Shown: positions 54,518 through 63,317 of the stretch, one piece after another | How positions within the stretch are numbered: the stretch's first letter is position 1 | How the letters are laid out: each line of letters starts with the position of its first letter | Source: an uncultured Gemmatimonadales bacterium | GTDB taxonomy: Bacteria; Gemmatimonadota; Gemmatimonadetes; Gemmatimonadales; GWC2-71-9 | Reading direction: 5' to 3' | DNA length: 64,000 bases | NCBI GenBank assembly: GCA_963728915.1 | Contig: CAVSLV010000001.1 | Coordinates: 832,001 to 896,000, forward strand | The notes under the pieces: generated by a model | Database searches by the model: none | What the model was told of the DNA's origin: nothing | Seen by the model: the letters and a program-made list of their open reading frames with translations, nothing else | Made by a program: the position numbers and the translations under genes

Positions 54518-54885
54518 CTCTTCCGCGGCCCACCCAGGAGTTCTTCTCGATCGGCGAAGTGTGCGCCCTGACCGATCTCAAGCCGCACGTCCTGCGCTAT
54601 TGGGAGGGTCAGTTCCGATTCCTGAGCCCCGCCAAGAACCGCTCCGGAAACCGGGTATACAAGAGTCGCGAGGTCGAGCTGATCATGCTGGTCAAGCACC
54701 TGCTCTACACCGAGAAGTACACCATTGAAGGCGCCCGGCAGCGCATCGAGCAGTATCGCCGGACCGGGGAGCTCAAGGGCCAGGCCTCCCGCGCCGCTTC
54801 CCGGTCGACCCTCCGCGAGGTGCGCGAGCAGCTCGACCAGATCATCCGACTGCTGGATGGCGCCGAACCGCCCGAGGCCCCATGA
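54514..54885 (+). CDS. MerR family transcriptional regulator
   Basis: FSIGEVCALTDLKPHVLRYWE...GNRVY...YTIEGAR. Confidence 0.9.
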   Translation: MTLPRPTQEFFSIGEVCALTDLKPHVLRYWEGQFRFLSPAKNRSGNRVYKSREVELIMLVKHLLYTEKYTIEGARQRIEQYRRTGELKGQASRAASRSTLREVREQLDQIIRLLDGAEPPEAP

Positions 54886-55631
54886 ACATTCTGGTGAGCA
54901 ACGACGATGGGATCCTGTCTCCCGGGCTCGCCGTGCTCGCCGAAGCGTGTCGAGTGGTGGGACAGGTCACCGTCATCGCCCCGGATCGGGAGCAGAGCGG
55001 CACCTCGCATTCGCTGACCCTCCACCGTCCGCTTCGACCCCAGCGTCGCCACGACGGGTCGTTCCAGGTGGATGGTACCCCGACCGACTGCGTCCTCCTG
55101 GGTCTTGGCGCGCTCATGCCGGACAAACCCGACTTCGTGTTTTCGGGCGTCAATCTCGGGCCCAATATGGGAGAGGACGTGCTCTACTCGGGAACGGTTT
55201 CCGCCGCGATGGAAGCCGTGACGCTGGGAATCCCGGGAATCGCCATCTCCTTCGCGAGCCGGGTGTCCGAACAGCTTGGGGAATACCACGCCGTGCTCGC
55301 TCACCTGATCCGCCGCATCGTGGAGGTTCCCGATTTCCCCCGGAACATGCTGCTCAACATCAACCTGCCTGAGCTGAATGGGAAGGGAATCCGCGGCGTC
55401 AAGGTCACCAAGCTCGGAAGCCGCTACTTCTCCGAGAGTCTGACCAGGATGAAGGATCCCTGGGGCAAGGAGGTGTACTGGATCGGGGGAGGGGAGATCA
55501 CCTGGACCGGCGATGCCGAGTCGGACCACCAGGCGGTCAAGGAAGGCTACATCTCGGTGACCCCGCTCCATCTCGACCTGACCAACTACGCCCTCTTCGA
55601 AACGGTGCGAGGATGGGCGCTGGAGGCGTAG
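54882..55631 (+). CDS. surE: 5'/3'-nucleotidase SurE
   Basis: NDDG, GTPTDCV, SGVN.GPN.G and YSGTVSAA. Confidence 0.95.
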   Translation: MNILVSNDDGILSPGLAVLAEACRVVGQVTVIAPDREQSGTSHSLTLHRPLRPQRRHDGSFQVDGTPTDCVLLGLGALMPDKPDFVFSGVNLGPNMGEDVLYSGTVSAAMEAVTLGIPGIAISFASRVSEQLGEYHAVLAHLIRRIVEVPDFPRNMLLNINLPELNGKGIRGVKVTKLGSRYFSESLTRMKDPWGKEVYWIGGGEITWTGDAESDHQAVKEGYISVTPLHLDLTNYALFETVRGWALEA

Positions 55632-56293
55632 GTCCCGCCGACAGCTACGGCGGCTACCGGGCCAGGCTGGTCGAGGCCCTGCGCGAGAAGGGGGTCCGGG
55701 ACCTCCGGGTGCTCCACGCGATTGCGACGGTGCCACGCCACCGGTTCGTGCCGGAAGCCCTGCGACATCGCGCCTACGAGGATTCACCCCTGCCGATCGG
55801 CGCCGGCCAGACCATCTCCCAGCCCTACGTGCACGCCAGAAGCATCGAGCTCCTGCGGCTCACCGGCAATGACCGGGTGCTCGAAGTCGGGGCGGGGTCG
55901 GGCTACCAGACCGCCCTGCTCGCGTCCATCGCCAGCACCGTCCTCGCGGTCGAGCGGGTTCCCGCGCTGGCCCAGGCGGCGCGCCAGGCCCTCGAGGAGA
56001 TGGGCGTGACCAACGCGACGGTGGTCATCGGGGACGGCACGCTGGGCTGGCGCCCCTATGCGCCTTACGACGCGATTCTGGTCTCCGCCGCATCCCCGTC
56101 GATTCCAAAGCCGTTGCTGGAACAGCTCGCCGATGGCGGCCGCATGGTGATTCCCCTCGGCGATCCCGACAACCAGGTGCTGACCCTGGTCGAGAAGGAG
56201 AACGACCGGCTCCGGATTTCGGAGGCGACCGGAGTCCGGTTCGTCCCCCTGCTCGGTGAATTCGGGTTCCCCGCCGACGGAGGATCCCGCTGA
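55613..56293 (+). CDS. pcm: Protein-L-isoaspartate O-methyltransferase
   Basis: VPRHRFV, GQTISQP, VLEVGAGSGY, APYDAI and RFVPL. Confidence 0.94.
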   Translation: MGAGGVGPADSYGGYRARLVEALREKGVRDLRVLHAIATVPRHRFVPEALRHRAYEDSPLPIGAGQTISQPYVHARSIELLRLTGNDRVLEVGAGSGYQTALLASIASTVLAVERVPALAQAARQALEEMGVTNATVVIGDGTLGWRPYAPYDAILVSAASPSIPKPLLEQLADGGRMVIPLGDPDNQVLTLVEKENDRLRISEATGVRFVPLLGEFGFPADGGSR

Positions 56294-56934
56294 TGGAGCT
56301 GATCCGCCGCCTGATCGACATTGCCCTCCATCTCGATCGACATCTCGCAGAGTTGACCGCACAGTACGGCACCTGGACCTACGCGATCCTGATACTGGTG
56401 GTGTTCTGCGAAACCGGCCTGGTGGTCACCCCCATCCTCCCGGGCGATTCGTTGCTGTTCGCGGCCGGCGCGATCTCCGCCTTGGGGTCGCTCGATCCCC
56501 GGCTTCTCAATGTGCTCATCTTCGCCGCGGTGCTGGCGGGCGACAATGTGAATTACTGGATCGGACGGACCGTCGGCCCCCGGGCGTATCGAATGGATTC
56601 CCGCCTGATTCGCCGAAAACACCTGGAATACACCCAGGGATATTTTGAGCGACACGGGGGAATGACCGTGGTGCTGGCGCGGTTCGTTCCCATCGTGCGA
56701 ACCTTCACCCCCTTCGTAGCGGGAATCGGAGCGATGTCGTACCCGAGATTTCTGGGATTCAGCATCGTGGGCGGAGCCCTCTGGGTGACCGCCTTTCTCT
56801 GGACCGGGTATTTCTTCGGCAATCTCCCGGTGGTCCGGCAGCACTTTGGTCTCGTTGTGCTCGCGATCATTCTCCTCTCGGTGGTCCCGATGCTGGTGAC
56901 CGTGGTCCGGGAGCGAACCCGGGGGAAGGGGTAA
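56293..56934 (+). CDS. dedA: DedA family membrane protein
   Basis: FCETGLVVTPILPGDSLLFAAG, GDNVNY and ARFVPIVRTF.PFVAG. Confidence 0.92.
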   Translation: MELIRRLIDIALHLDRHLAELTAQYGTWTYAILILVVFCETGLVVTPILPGDSLLFAAGAISALGSLDPRLLNVLIFAAVLAGDNVNYWIGRTVGPRAYRMDSRLIRRKHLEYTQGYFERHGGMTVVLARFVPIVRTFTPFVAGIGAMSYPRFLGFSIVGGALWVTAFLWTGYFFGNLPVVRQHFGLVVLAIILLSVVPMLVTVVRERTRGKG

Positions 56935-56936
56935 CG

Positions 56937-57206
56937 GTGCGTTGCCGATTCGTGATCGCGGGGACCGTCCAGGCGGTGGGGTATCGTTACTTCACCCTCC
57001 GACTGGCCGAACGGCTCGGCGTGAAAGGCTGGGTCCGGAATCTCCCGGATGGACGCGTGGAGGTTCTGGGCGAGGGGTCGGAAGAGCAACTGAAGCGACT
57101 CGAGGCGGAGCTTCGAGCTGGCCCGCCCTCAGCGTCGGTAACGAACCTACAAAGACTTGAAGTATCGGATGAGACTCAACCGGCCTCGCGGTTTCAGGTC
57201 CGTTGA
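56937..57206 (+). CDS. acyP: Acylphosphatase
   Basis: GTVQAVGYR, GWVRNLPDGRVE and GPP. Confidence 0.92.
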   Translation: MRCRFVIAGTVQAVGYRYFTLRLAERLGVKGWVRNLPDGRVEVLGEGSEEQLKRLEAELRAGPPSASVTNLQRLEVSDETQPASRFQVR

Positions 57207-57270
57207 GGCCCGGCGAAAGAGGCCTCCCGATGGGGCGCCGATCCCGCTAAGTTGTTGTCGCGCAAGGCTG

Positions 57271-57344
57271 GCCCCCGTAGCTCAGGTGGATAGAGCAGCG
57301 GTTTCCTAAACCGTTGGCCGGGCGTTCGAGTCGCCCCGGGGGCA
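57271..57344 (+). tRNA. tRNA-Arg(CCT)
   Basis: Acceptor GCCCCCG/CGGGGGC, D arm GCTC/GAGC, anticodon arm GCGGT-TTCCTAA-ACCGT, T arm GGGCG-TTCGAGT-CGCCC. CCA not encoded. Confidence 0.95.
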
Positions 57345-57373
57345 TCCCGGACATCACGGCTAACCGGAGCACC

Positions 57374-58045
57374 ATGGCAACCAATCCAACCCAGAAACCG
57401 GCCGTATCGCCGGAGCCTGAAGGCCAGGCCCGCTGGCTGGTTTGGTATCATCGCAATCAGAAGGTTCTGAGCTACAGCCTGATTGCCCTGGCGATCATCG
57501 CGGCTGGCGGGTGGCTGTGGCGCGAAACGGGCCGTCGCAAGGAAGCCGCTGCCACCGCAGCGCTCCAGGAAGCCCAGCTCAAAATGGAAAACGGAGATCT
57601 GGGTCCGGCGGCGACGGATTTTCAGCGCATCATCCAGACCTATTCGGGCACCGACGCTGCGTACCAGGCCGAGCTGGGCGCCAACTCGATCCGGATTGCA
57701 TCCGGGCAGTCGCAGATCGCCATCGATGAGCTCCGGAAGTTCGTCGGATCGAATCCTCCTCCGTATTTCGCGGCCGGGGCCTGGGGGATGCTGGGCGCGG
57801 CACTGGAGAATACGAAGCAGTATGACGAAGCGGCGACGGCCTACCGCCGCTCCGCTGAGCTCGCCTCGGAGGATTATCGCAAGGTGGATGGTCTGCTGGG
57901 GGCGAGCCGGGCCTACAAACTGGCAGGGAAGAGCGACCAGAGCCTGACTCTGCTTCGCGAGATTCTGAGCAAGTACTCGAAGAATACCCCGGGGGTCGCC
58001 GAGGCCACCGTCCGCCTGGCCGAAGCCACTCAGGGACGGATGTAG
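57374..58045 (+). CDS. Membrane-anchored TPR protein (YfgM-like)
   Basis: Single TM after HRNQK, followed by TPR-like helices (IIQTYSGTDAA, MLGAALENTKQYDEA). GGAG RBS. Confidence 0.8.
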   Translation: MATNPTQKPAVSPEPEGQARWLVWYHRNQKVLSYSLIALAIIAAGGWLWRETGRRKEAAATAALQEAQLKMENGDLGPAATDFQRIIQTYSGTDAAYQAELGANSIRIASGQSQIAIDELRKFVGSNPPPYFAAGAWGMLGAALENTKQYDEAATAYRRSAELASEDYRKVDGLLGASRAYKLAGKSDQSLTLLREILSKYSKNTPGVAEATVRLAEATQGRM

Positions 58046-58161
58046 CGCTTGAACGAGTCGTAGCCCGCCCGATCGAACAACACGAAACGCACCAGCTCCA
58101 CCCCGGTCGGCACCCCGCGGATCGTCGCGACCGCGATCGACGCTGCCCTTGCCTGGACCAT
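58030..58161 (-). pseudogene. C-terminal remnant of a macro-domain (YmdB-like) gene
   Basis: Manual translation MVQARAASIAVATIRGVPTGVELVRFVLFDRAGYDSFKRYIRP* resembles the macro-domain C-terminus (AAxIAVxTxR...VxxVxFVLFD). The frame hits a stop upstream within dif. Confidence 0.55.
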
Positions 58162-58174
58162 CGCAACGTTCCCT

Positions 58175-58202
58175 AGTACGTATAAGATGTATTATGTTAA
58201 GT
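58175..58202 (+). other. dif: dif site (XerC/XerD chromosome dimer resolution)
   Basis: AGTACGTATAA-GATGTA-TTATGTTAAGT: 11-6-11 architecture. The XerD arm is 10/11 identical to E. coli TTATGTTAAAT and the XerC arm is 8/11 identical to GGTGCGCATAA. AT-rich intergenic site where gene orientation converges. Confidence 0.9.
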
Positions 58203-58207
58203 ACCGG

Positions 58208-58226
58208 TGGGGATAACTGTGGACAA
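58208..58226 (-). promoter_or_regulatory. Two tandem DnaA-box-like 9-mers
   Basis: TGGGGATAA (58208-58216) and TGTGGACAA (58218-58226), each 1 mismatch from TGTGGATAA, 1 bp apart. Confidence 0.55.
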
Positions 58227-58281
58227 CCAGGTCACCGACGGCGTAAAGCGTTTCTGTGGCGTGTATTAGACAGTGGACCAG

Positions 58282-59400
58282 CTAGTGGATAGCCGGGATG
58301 ATATCGTCGAAAAGAAAGTGGACTGGTGAGTTGGCGTCGTCGGTCTCCCCCGTCACCACAACGACCAGATCGTACCTCGGAACGACAAAGATGTATTGCC
58401 CATAGATCCCGGCCGCCGTGTAGATGGTCTCGTTGGGATCCCCTGTTGCCCCTTGGCCATCGAGCGGAAAGAGCCACCAGAAGTACCCATAATCGACCGG
58501 GTATCCCGCAAACCGTTCCGGCCGGAGGACCGAGGGTGTCAGGGAGGCCTGAAGCCACTGAGGCGATATCACTTGGGTATCATCCCACCTGCCCCCCCGA
58601 AGCACGAGATACCCGATCCGCGCCATGTCCTGGGCTCGCAGATACAATCCACCACCCGCGTGAGCCAGCTGGTCGGGGGGGCCCTTGAACCAGTAGTAGC
58701 TCCCGATCCCCAGTGGCGTGAACAAGCGGGCCTCCGCGAAAGCGTCGAGTTGCGTTCCGACTGCCCGGCGAATCACCCCTCCCGCGAGCACGGCATTTCC
58801 GCTGTTGTAATAGAAGCGAGTGCCCGGCTGGTCACGCATGGGCCAATCCAGCATGTATCGCAGCCAGTCCGTGCCTGAGTCGTTGAGCTTCTTGATGTCC
58901 GAGGTCGCATAGTCGTTCTCCACCCATTCAAAACCGCTGCGCATGGTCAGCAGATCGAGAAGCGTCATGGCCTGCTTCCGGGCGTCATCATTGAGCAGGT
59001 TTTGATATTCCGGGAACCAGCTCGTGATGGTCCGATCCAGGGAGAGGACTCCCTGGCCCACCGCGATCCCGGCGAGGAGCGAAGTCACGCTCTTGGTGAC
59101 CGATTGAATGGTGTGGTATTCCCCCGATCCGCTGCCGTTGAAGTATTCCTCGACCGCGAGGTAGCCTCGGCGAACGATCAGGAGTGAGTGCAGGTCCGGA
59201 ATCTCGTTGCTGCGCAGCCGCTGAACCAGGTCGGCGATGGCCGCCCCGTCGATGCCGACGCTGTCGGGAACCGCGCGTCGCCAGCTGCCGGCGGGCCAGT
59301 ACTCTGCCGGGGGAAGCGAGGAAGTGGGTGAATCACCGCAAGCCGCGACCGAGAGGGCGAGCAACGTCTGCACCAGGATCCGCCGGCCCACTCCTCGCAT
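58282..59400 (-). CDS. Serine hydrolase, beta-lactamase/class C-like family, lipoprotein
   Basis: Own ATG at 59400 with lipoprotein signal (LLALSVAAC); SVTK (SxxK), YNSGN, LLTMRSG and YGYFWW. Confidence 0.88.
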   Translation of the reverse strand: MRGVGRRILVQTLLALSVAACGDSPTSSLPPAEYWPAGSWRRAVPDSVGIDGAAIADLVQRLRSNEIPDLHSLLIVRRGYLAVEEYFNGSGSGEYHTIQSVTKSVTSLLAGIAVGQGVLSLDRTITSWFPEYQNLLNDDARKQAMTLLDLLTMRSGFEWVENDYATSDIKKLNDSGTDWLRYMLDWPMRDQPGTRFYYNSGNAVLAGGVIRRAVGTQLDAFAEARLFTPLGIGSYYWFKGPPDQLAHAGGGLYLRAQDMARIGYLVLRGGRWDDTQVISPQWLQASLTPSVLRPERFAGYPVDYGYFWWLFPLDGQGATGDPNETIYTAAGIYGQYIFVVPRYDLVVVVTGETDDANSPVHFLFDDIIPAIH

Positions 59401-59404
59401 CGGC

Positions 59405-60219
59405 TCAGACGAGCCTTCCCTCGAAGACCAGCCTGCCCTCCCCACAGAGCCATGGCTCCCGCGCCCACCCGGATCCTCGATTCGACCGGCGACCGAAAAC
59501 ATATTGCCGCCCCAGGATCGGATCCGGATCGGAAGCCGGTCGAGGCCGCGTTGGGCAAGCGCGAACGCGGCTGCCACCGTTCCAGTCCCGCAGGCGAGGG
59601 TTTCTGCCTCCACTCCCCTCTCGTAGGTTCGGAGCCTCCACGATAGATCATCGTCCGGAAGTGCCCCGATGAAGTTGACGTTGAGTCCCGCCGGCGAAAA
59701 TGCCGGATCGTCCCGCAGCGCCTTCCCCCTTCGCTGAACATCCACGCCGGCCAGATCCCCGGTATGGATCACGAGGTGAGGCACCCCGACCTGTCCGAGC
59801 TCCATCCAGGATTCCCCGGCGCCGAGCGGCAAATCCAGCGGCGCCGACAGGTGGAAATCCGGAAGCAGCAGCTCCGCAGCCCAGCCCGGGCCGACGCATC
59901 GGGTCCGGAGGAGCCCGGTATCCGTGTGCAGCTCCATGCCGGCCTCCCCGGCGAAACCAAGCCGGGCAGCCAGTCGCGTGCTGCAGAGGGCGGCGTTGCC
60001 GCACATCCCCGCCCGGGAACCATCGGCATTGAAATAGATCATCCGGGCTCCGGAGGCGTCGGGCGAAACAACCACCAGACCGTCTGCCCCCACCCCGGTC
60101 CGCCGATCGCAAATCGCCGCGATCCGCTCGGCGGGCCAATCGTCCACCGAGCTCTCCCGGCCATCGACGAAGACAAAGTCGTTGCCCGAGCCGGTCATCT
60201 TGTAGAAGGGCTGGGTCAT
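59405..60219 (-). CDS. dapF: Diaminopimelate epimerase, apparent frameshift at ~59475
   Basis: FYKMTGSGNDF, GVGADG, NADGS..MCGN, GVPH and TYERGVEAETLACGTG. The normal-looking C-terminus WLCGEGRLVFEGRLV* is in another frame ending at 59405. Confidence 0.92.
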
Positions 60220-60938
60220 ATCTTCCCGAAGATCGCCTGGAATCGGAGCCACCACACCATCCAGATCGCCTCCCGTACGATGGCCCGGTTCATCTTGCTC
60301 CGGCCCTCACTCCGGTCGGTGAACACGATCGGCACCTCCACCAGCCGGAAGCCCTTCCGGGTGGCCCGAAAGCTCATCTCGATCTGGAAGGCGTAGCCGT
60401 TGGAACGCACCTGCTCGAGAGGAATGGACGTCAGAACCTCCCGGCGAAAGCACTTGAACCCGGCGGTCAGGTCGGTGAGCTTGAGACCGGTGATCCAGCG
60501 GGCGTACTTGCTGGCAAACCAGGAAAGCAGGAGCCGCGACATCGGCCAGTTGATCACGTTGACCCCGGTCTGATAGCGCGAGCCGATTGCTACGTCGGCT
60601 CCGCCTCGGATAGCGGACACCAGGCTCCCCAGGTACTTCGGGTCGTGGGAGAAATCGGCGTCCATTTCGAAGAGGAGCTCATAGGCCTGCGCGAGGCCCC
60701 AGGCGAAGCCGGCGAGATAGGCCCGCCCGAGCCCCTCCTTCGCGGCGCGATGCAGGACGTGGATCCGCGGATTCCGCGCCGCGAACTCATCGGCCATCTT
60801 GCCGGTGCCGTCGGGCGAATTGTCATCCACGACCAGTACGTCGAGCCGGTCGTCCTGCGCCAGGATCTGGGGGAGGATCGCCGGGAGGTTTTCCCGTTCG
60901 TTGAAGGTCGGGAGAATGACGAGGAGCCGATCCGCCAC
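60216..60938 (-). CDS. Polyprenol-monophosphomannose synthase-like GT2 (Dpm1/Ppm1 family)
   Basis: LPTFNERENL, VDDNSPDGT, GLGRAY, EMDADFSHDP, GYAFQIEM and DRSEGRSKM. Confidence 0.92.
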   Translation of the reverse strand: MADRLLVILPTFNERENLPAILPQILAQDDRLDVLVVDDNSPDGTGKMADEFAARNPRIHVLHRAAKEGLGRAYLAGFAWGLAQAYELLFEMDADFSHDPKYLGSLVSAIRGGADVAIGSRYQTGVNVINWPMSRLLLSWFASKYARWITGLKLTDLTAGFKCFRREVLTSIPLEQVRSNGYAFQIEMSFRATRKGFRLVEVPIVFTDRSEGRSKMNRAIVREAIWMVWWLRFQAIFGKI

Positions 60939-63314
60939 TCAGGTACTCCTTCCCCTCCGAACCCAGGCAACACCGAACAGGCCGGCCACCCCAAGGAGAG
61001 AGAGAAGACTGATCAGGCGGCCTTTGCGATACGCGGCCGATCGGTATTCCAGCTCGACGACCTTCCCTCCCGGTGGCACCACCACGCTGAGCAGGGCGTA
61101 CTGACCCCGCACCACGGTCGCCCGGCGTTCATCGACCGTGGCCTGCCAGTCCTTGTACCAGTTCTCGGAAACGAGCAGGTACTGATCGCTCTCTGCCCTG
61201 CCGGTCAGCTCGATCCGCATCTTTCCAGGTTCCCACGAAGCAACCCTGGCCTGTACCGGCGATGGCCCCGGCACGGTGCTGTCGATGGGGACCGGGGTGA
61301 CCGAGGCGGTGTCCGGGAGGAGCACCACCCGCTGGACCGGGAACCGGGTATCCGGAATGGCAGCCCGGATCTGTTCTTCGGGGGCTTTCGCCGCGCCGGC
61401 CATCACCCGCGCATAGGGAGGCACCGCATCGGCCTCATAGAGATATGCGGTTCCTCCCGGCGTGATGGGGACCGGTCCGAGCACCTTGTGGAAGCCCGGG
61501 AGATTCGCCGAGTCGGCCAGAATCGCGAACCGGATCGCGTAGAGGCTCAGGATGTTCGGGCTGACCTGATGCTCCCAGTTCTCCTTCCCGCCCAGGAGCT
61601 CGTCGAAGAACCGGATCTCGTTGCCATGATAGCCGAAGAGCTGGGGAATCTCCCGCGCCATCAGCCAGGACCGCGGATACGGACCAAGCTGGCCGTAGGC
61701 GCCGGCGGGAACCCAGACGCGGTAGGGCGGCTCGACCTGGCGGATCCGGGTAGTGATCTGATCGTCGCCGTAGGTGATCCTCGCCGGGGGTGAGAACTCG
61801 AAGAATCGCCGGCCGACGATCCAGGCATCGGCCCACACGACTACCAGGAGCGCTCCGACGGCGAGCCTGCCGCTGATCTTCTGCCGGAGCACGCCGATCA
61901 TGATCCCGGTGCCGGCGGCGGCAATCAGCAACAGGCGGAGCCCATCCTCCCGGAGCGCCGAAGCGTTGGCGACCGCCAGCTGCATGAATCCAGGATTGCC
62001 GGTTCCCCGCGCGATTGCCTCGGCGACGCCCTGCATCCCGCCCGCCGCCGCCACGAGCCCGAAAAGGGCGATGATTCCGCCAGCGATGCCGAGGCGACGC
62101 AAAGTGGCGGTACCCCGGTAGAGTCGCTCTGCTCCCAGCGCGGCAAGGAAGGCCAGCGGCATGGCGACGAGAAAGAAGGCCTGCCCTGGCGCCCGCAGCC
62201 GGTTCGACATCGGGACCAGCTCGTACCAGATCCGGAACACCGGCGTGGCGCCGCCGAGAGAGATGAGGAGAAAGAAGATCCCGATCGTCCCAAATCCCCA
62301 CCGCGCGGTCCGGCGGTCGCGGCCCCGGAGCCCCAGAATCGAGAGCAGAATCATGGCCGGTCCCAGATACTCGGAGTGGAGTCGGCCGAAATTTCTTCCG
62401 AAGTAGGTGGGGGCCACCTGGCCGTACACCTTGGGTAACAGGGTGCCGAGCAGTTCTTCCGGAGGCAGCGAATAGGAGATCGCGTGCTCCCAGCCGGTAT
62501 TGAAGCCGCCTTCGGCCCGGGGAGAGAATGGCACATACTCGATCATCGGGAGGGCGTAAATCGCGTACAGCCCCACCCCGAGCAACACCGCCAGGGCGCT
62601 CCAGCCGACCACCGCGAACCGTTCCCGTCCCCGGGGCCCTTCGCTCCCGAAGAGCCAGAAGGCTCCCCAGATCCCCGCGGCGGTGAGCAGGTACTGGGCG
62701 GCCTGGGGGTGGCCCTGGAGCGCCAAGCCGGTGGTCAACGCCATGCTCGCATAACCCGCGAACTTCCGGTCCCGGATCGCCACCACCACCGCCGCGAACA
62801 GGAGCGGCGCAAGCGCCTCGACGAACAGCTTGCCGTCATGGCCCGGGTGGACCAGGGACGTAACGATCCCGGTCAGCTCGTAGGCCAATCCTCCGGTGAG
62901 CGCAGCGGCCCAGCCGAACCGGAGGATCTTGAGCAGCAGGTACATGCCGAAGCCGGCCAGGACGATGTGGAGGGCAAAGCCCAGGTTCATCGCCGTGTCG
63001 GTCGGCAGGATCCACCGCAGAGCCGCGGTAGGATAGAAAATGTCGCCGTGGGCGGCCCCCACGAACGGCAGGCCACCGAACAGATAGGGATTCCAGAGCG
63101 GGATCGAGCCGTGGGCCCGGAAGTAGTTCGCCCCGAACACCCGGAAGCTGTAGCCGGCGAGGTACTGGTCCGAGTAGGGCCCGGCCAGGAACTGGCCGGT
63201 CAGCATCGGCCAGCACAGGGTCAGTGCCGCCGCCACGAAGATGGCCAGCGCGATGACCCATCCCCGCCGCCCTTCGAATGTGTCGGACACTGGTTTCCCG
63301 ACCGACTCAGTCAC
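60939..63314 (-). CDS. YfhO-like polytopic membrane glycosyltransferase (GT-C type)
   Basis: About 12 TM segments; early D after TM1 (YSDQ), PLWNPYLFGGLPF and HPQ; C-terminal LLVSENWYKDWQATVD...VVPPG domain plus a final TM. Confidence 0.8.
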   Translation of the reverse strand: MTESVGKPVSDTFEGRRGWVIALAIFVAAALTLCWPMLTGQFLAGPYSDQYLAGYSFRVFGANYFRAHGSIPLWNPYLFGGLPFVGAAHGDIFYPTAALRWILPTDTAMNLGFALHIVLAGFGMYLLLKILRFGWAAALTGGLAYELTGIVTSLVHPGHDGKLFVEALAPLLFAAVVVAIRDRKFAGYASMALTTGLALQGHPQAAQYLLTAAGIWGAFWLFGSEGPRGRERFAVVGWSALAVLLGVGLYAIYALPMIEYVPFSPRAEGGFNTGWEHAISYSLPPEELLGTLLPKVYGQVAPTYFGRNFGRLHSEYLGPAMILLSILGLRGRDRRTARWGFGTIGIFFLLISLGGATPVFRIWYELVPMSNRLRAPGQAFFLVAMPLAFLAALGAERLYRGTATLRRLGIAGGIIALFGLVAAAGGMQGVAEAIARGTGNPGFMQLAVANASALREDGLRLLLIAAAGTGIMIGVLRQKISGRLAVGALLVVVWADAWIVGRRFFEFSPPARITYGDDQITTRIRQVEPPYRVWVPAGAYGQLGPYPRSWLMAREIPQLFGYHGNEIRFFDELLGGKENWEHQVSPNILSLYAIRFAILADSANLPGFHKVLGPVPITPGGTAYLYEADAVPPYARVMAGAAKAPEEQIRAAIPDTRFPVQRVVLLPDTASVTPVPIDSTVPGPSPVQARVASWEPGKMRIELTGRAESDQYLLVSENWYKDWQATVDERRATVVRGQYALLSVVVPPGGKVVELEYRSAAYRKGRLISLLSLLGVAGLFGVAWVRRGRST

Positions 63315-63317
63315 TGA

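Noticed and set aside
58170..58282. AT-rich region with DnaA boxes as oriC
   Set aside because: Only two good boxes, no dnaA/dnaN/parAB/gidA context, flanking genes converge rather than diverge, and the AT-rich part is explained by dif.
58282..60255. Apparent 657-aa DapF / beta-lactamase-like fusion in the ORF track
   Set aside because: The proper DapF C-terminus lies in another frame ending at 59405, and the hydrolase has its own ATG (59400) and lipoprotein signal. The fusion results from a one-base deletion near 59475.
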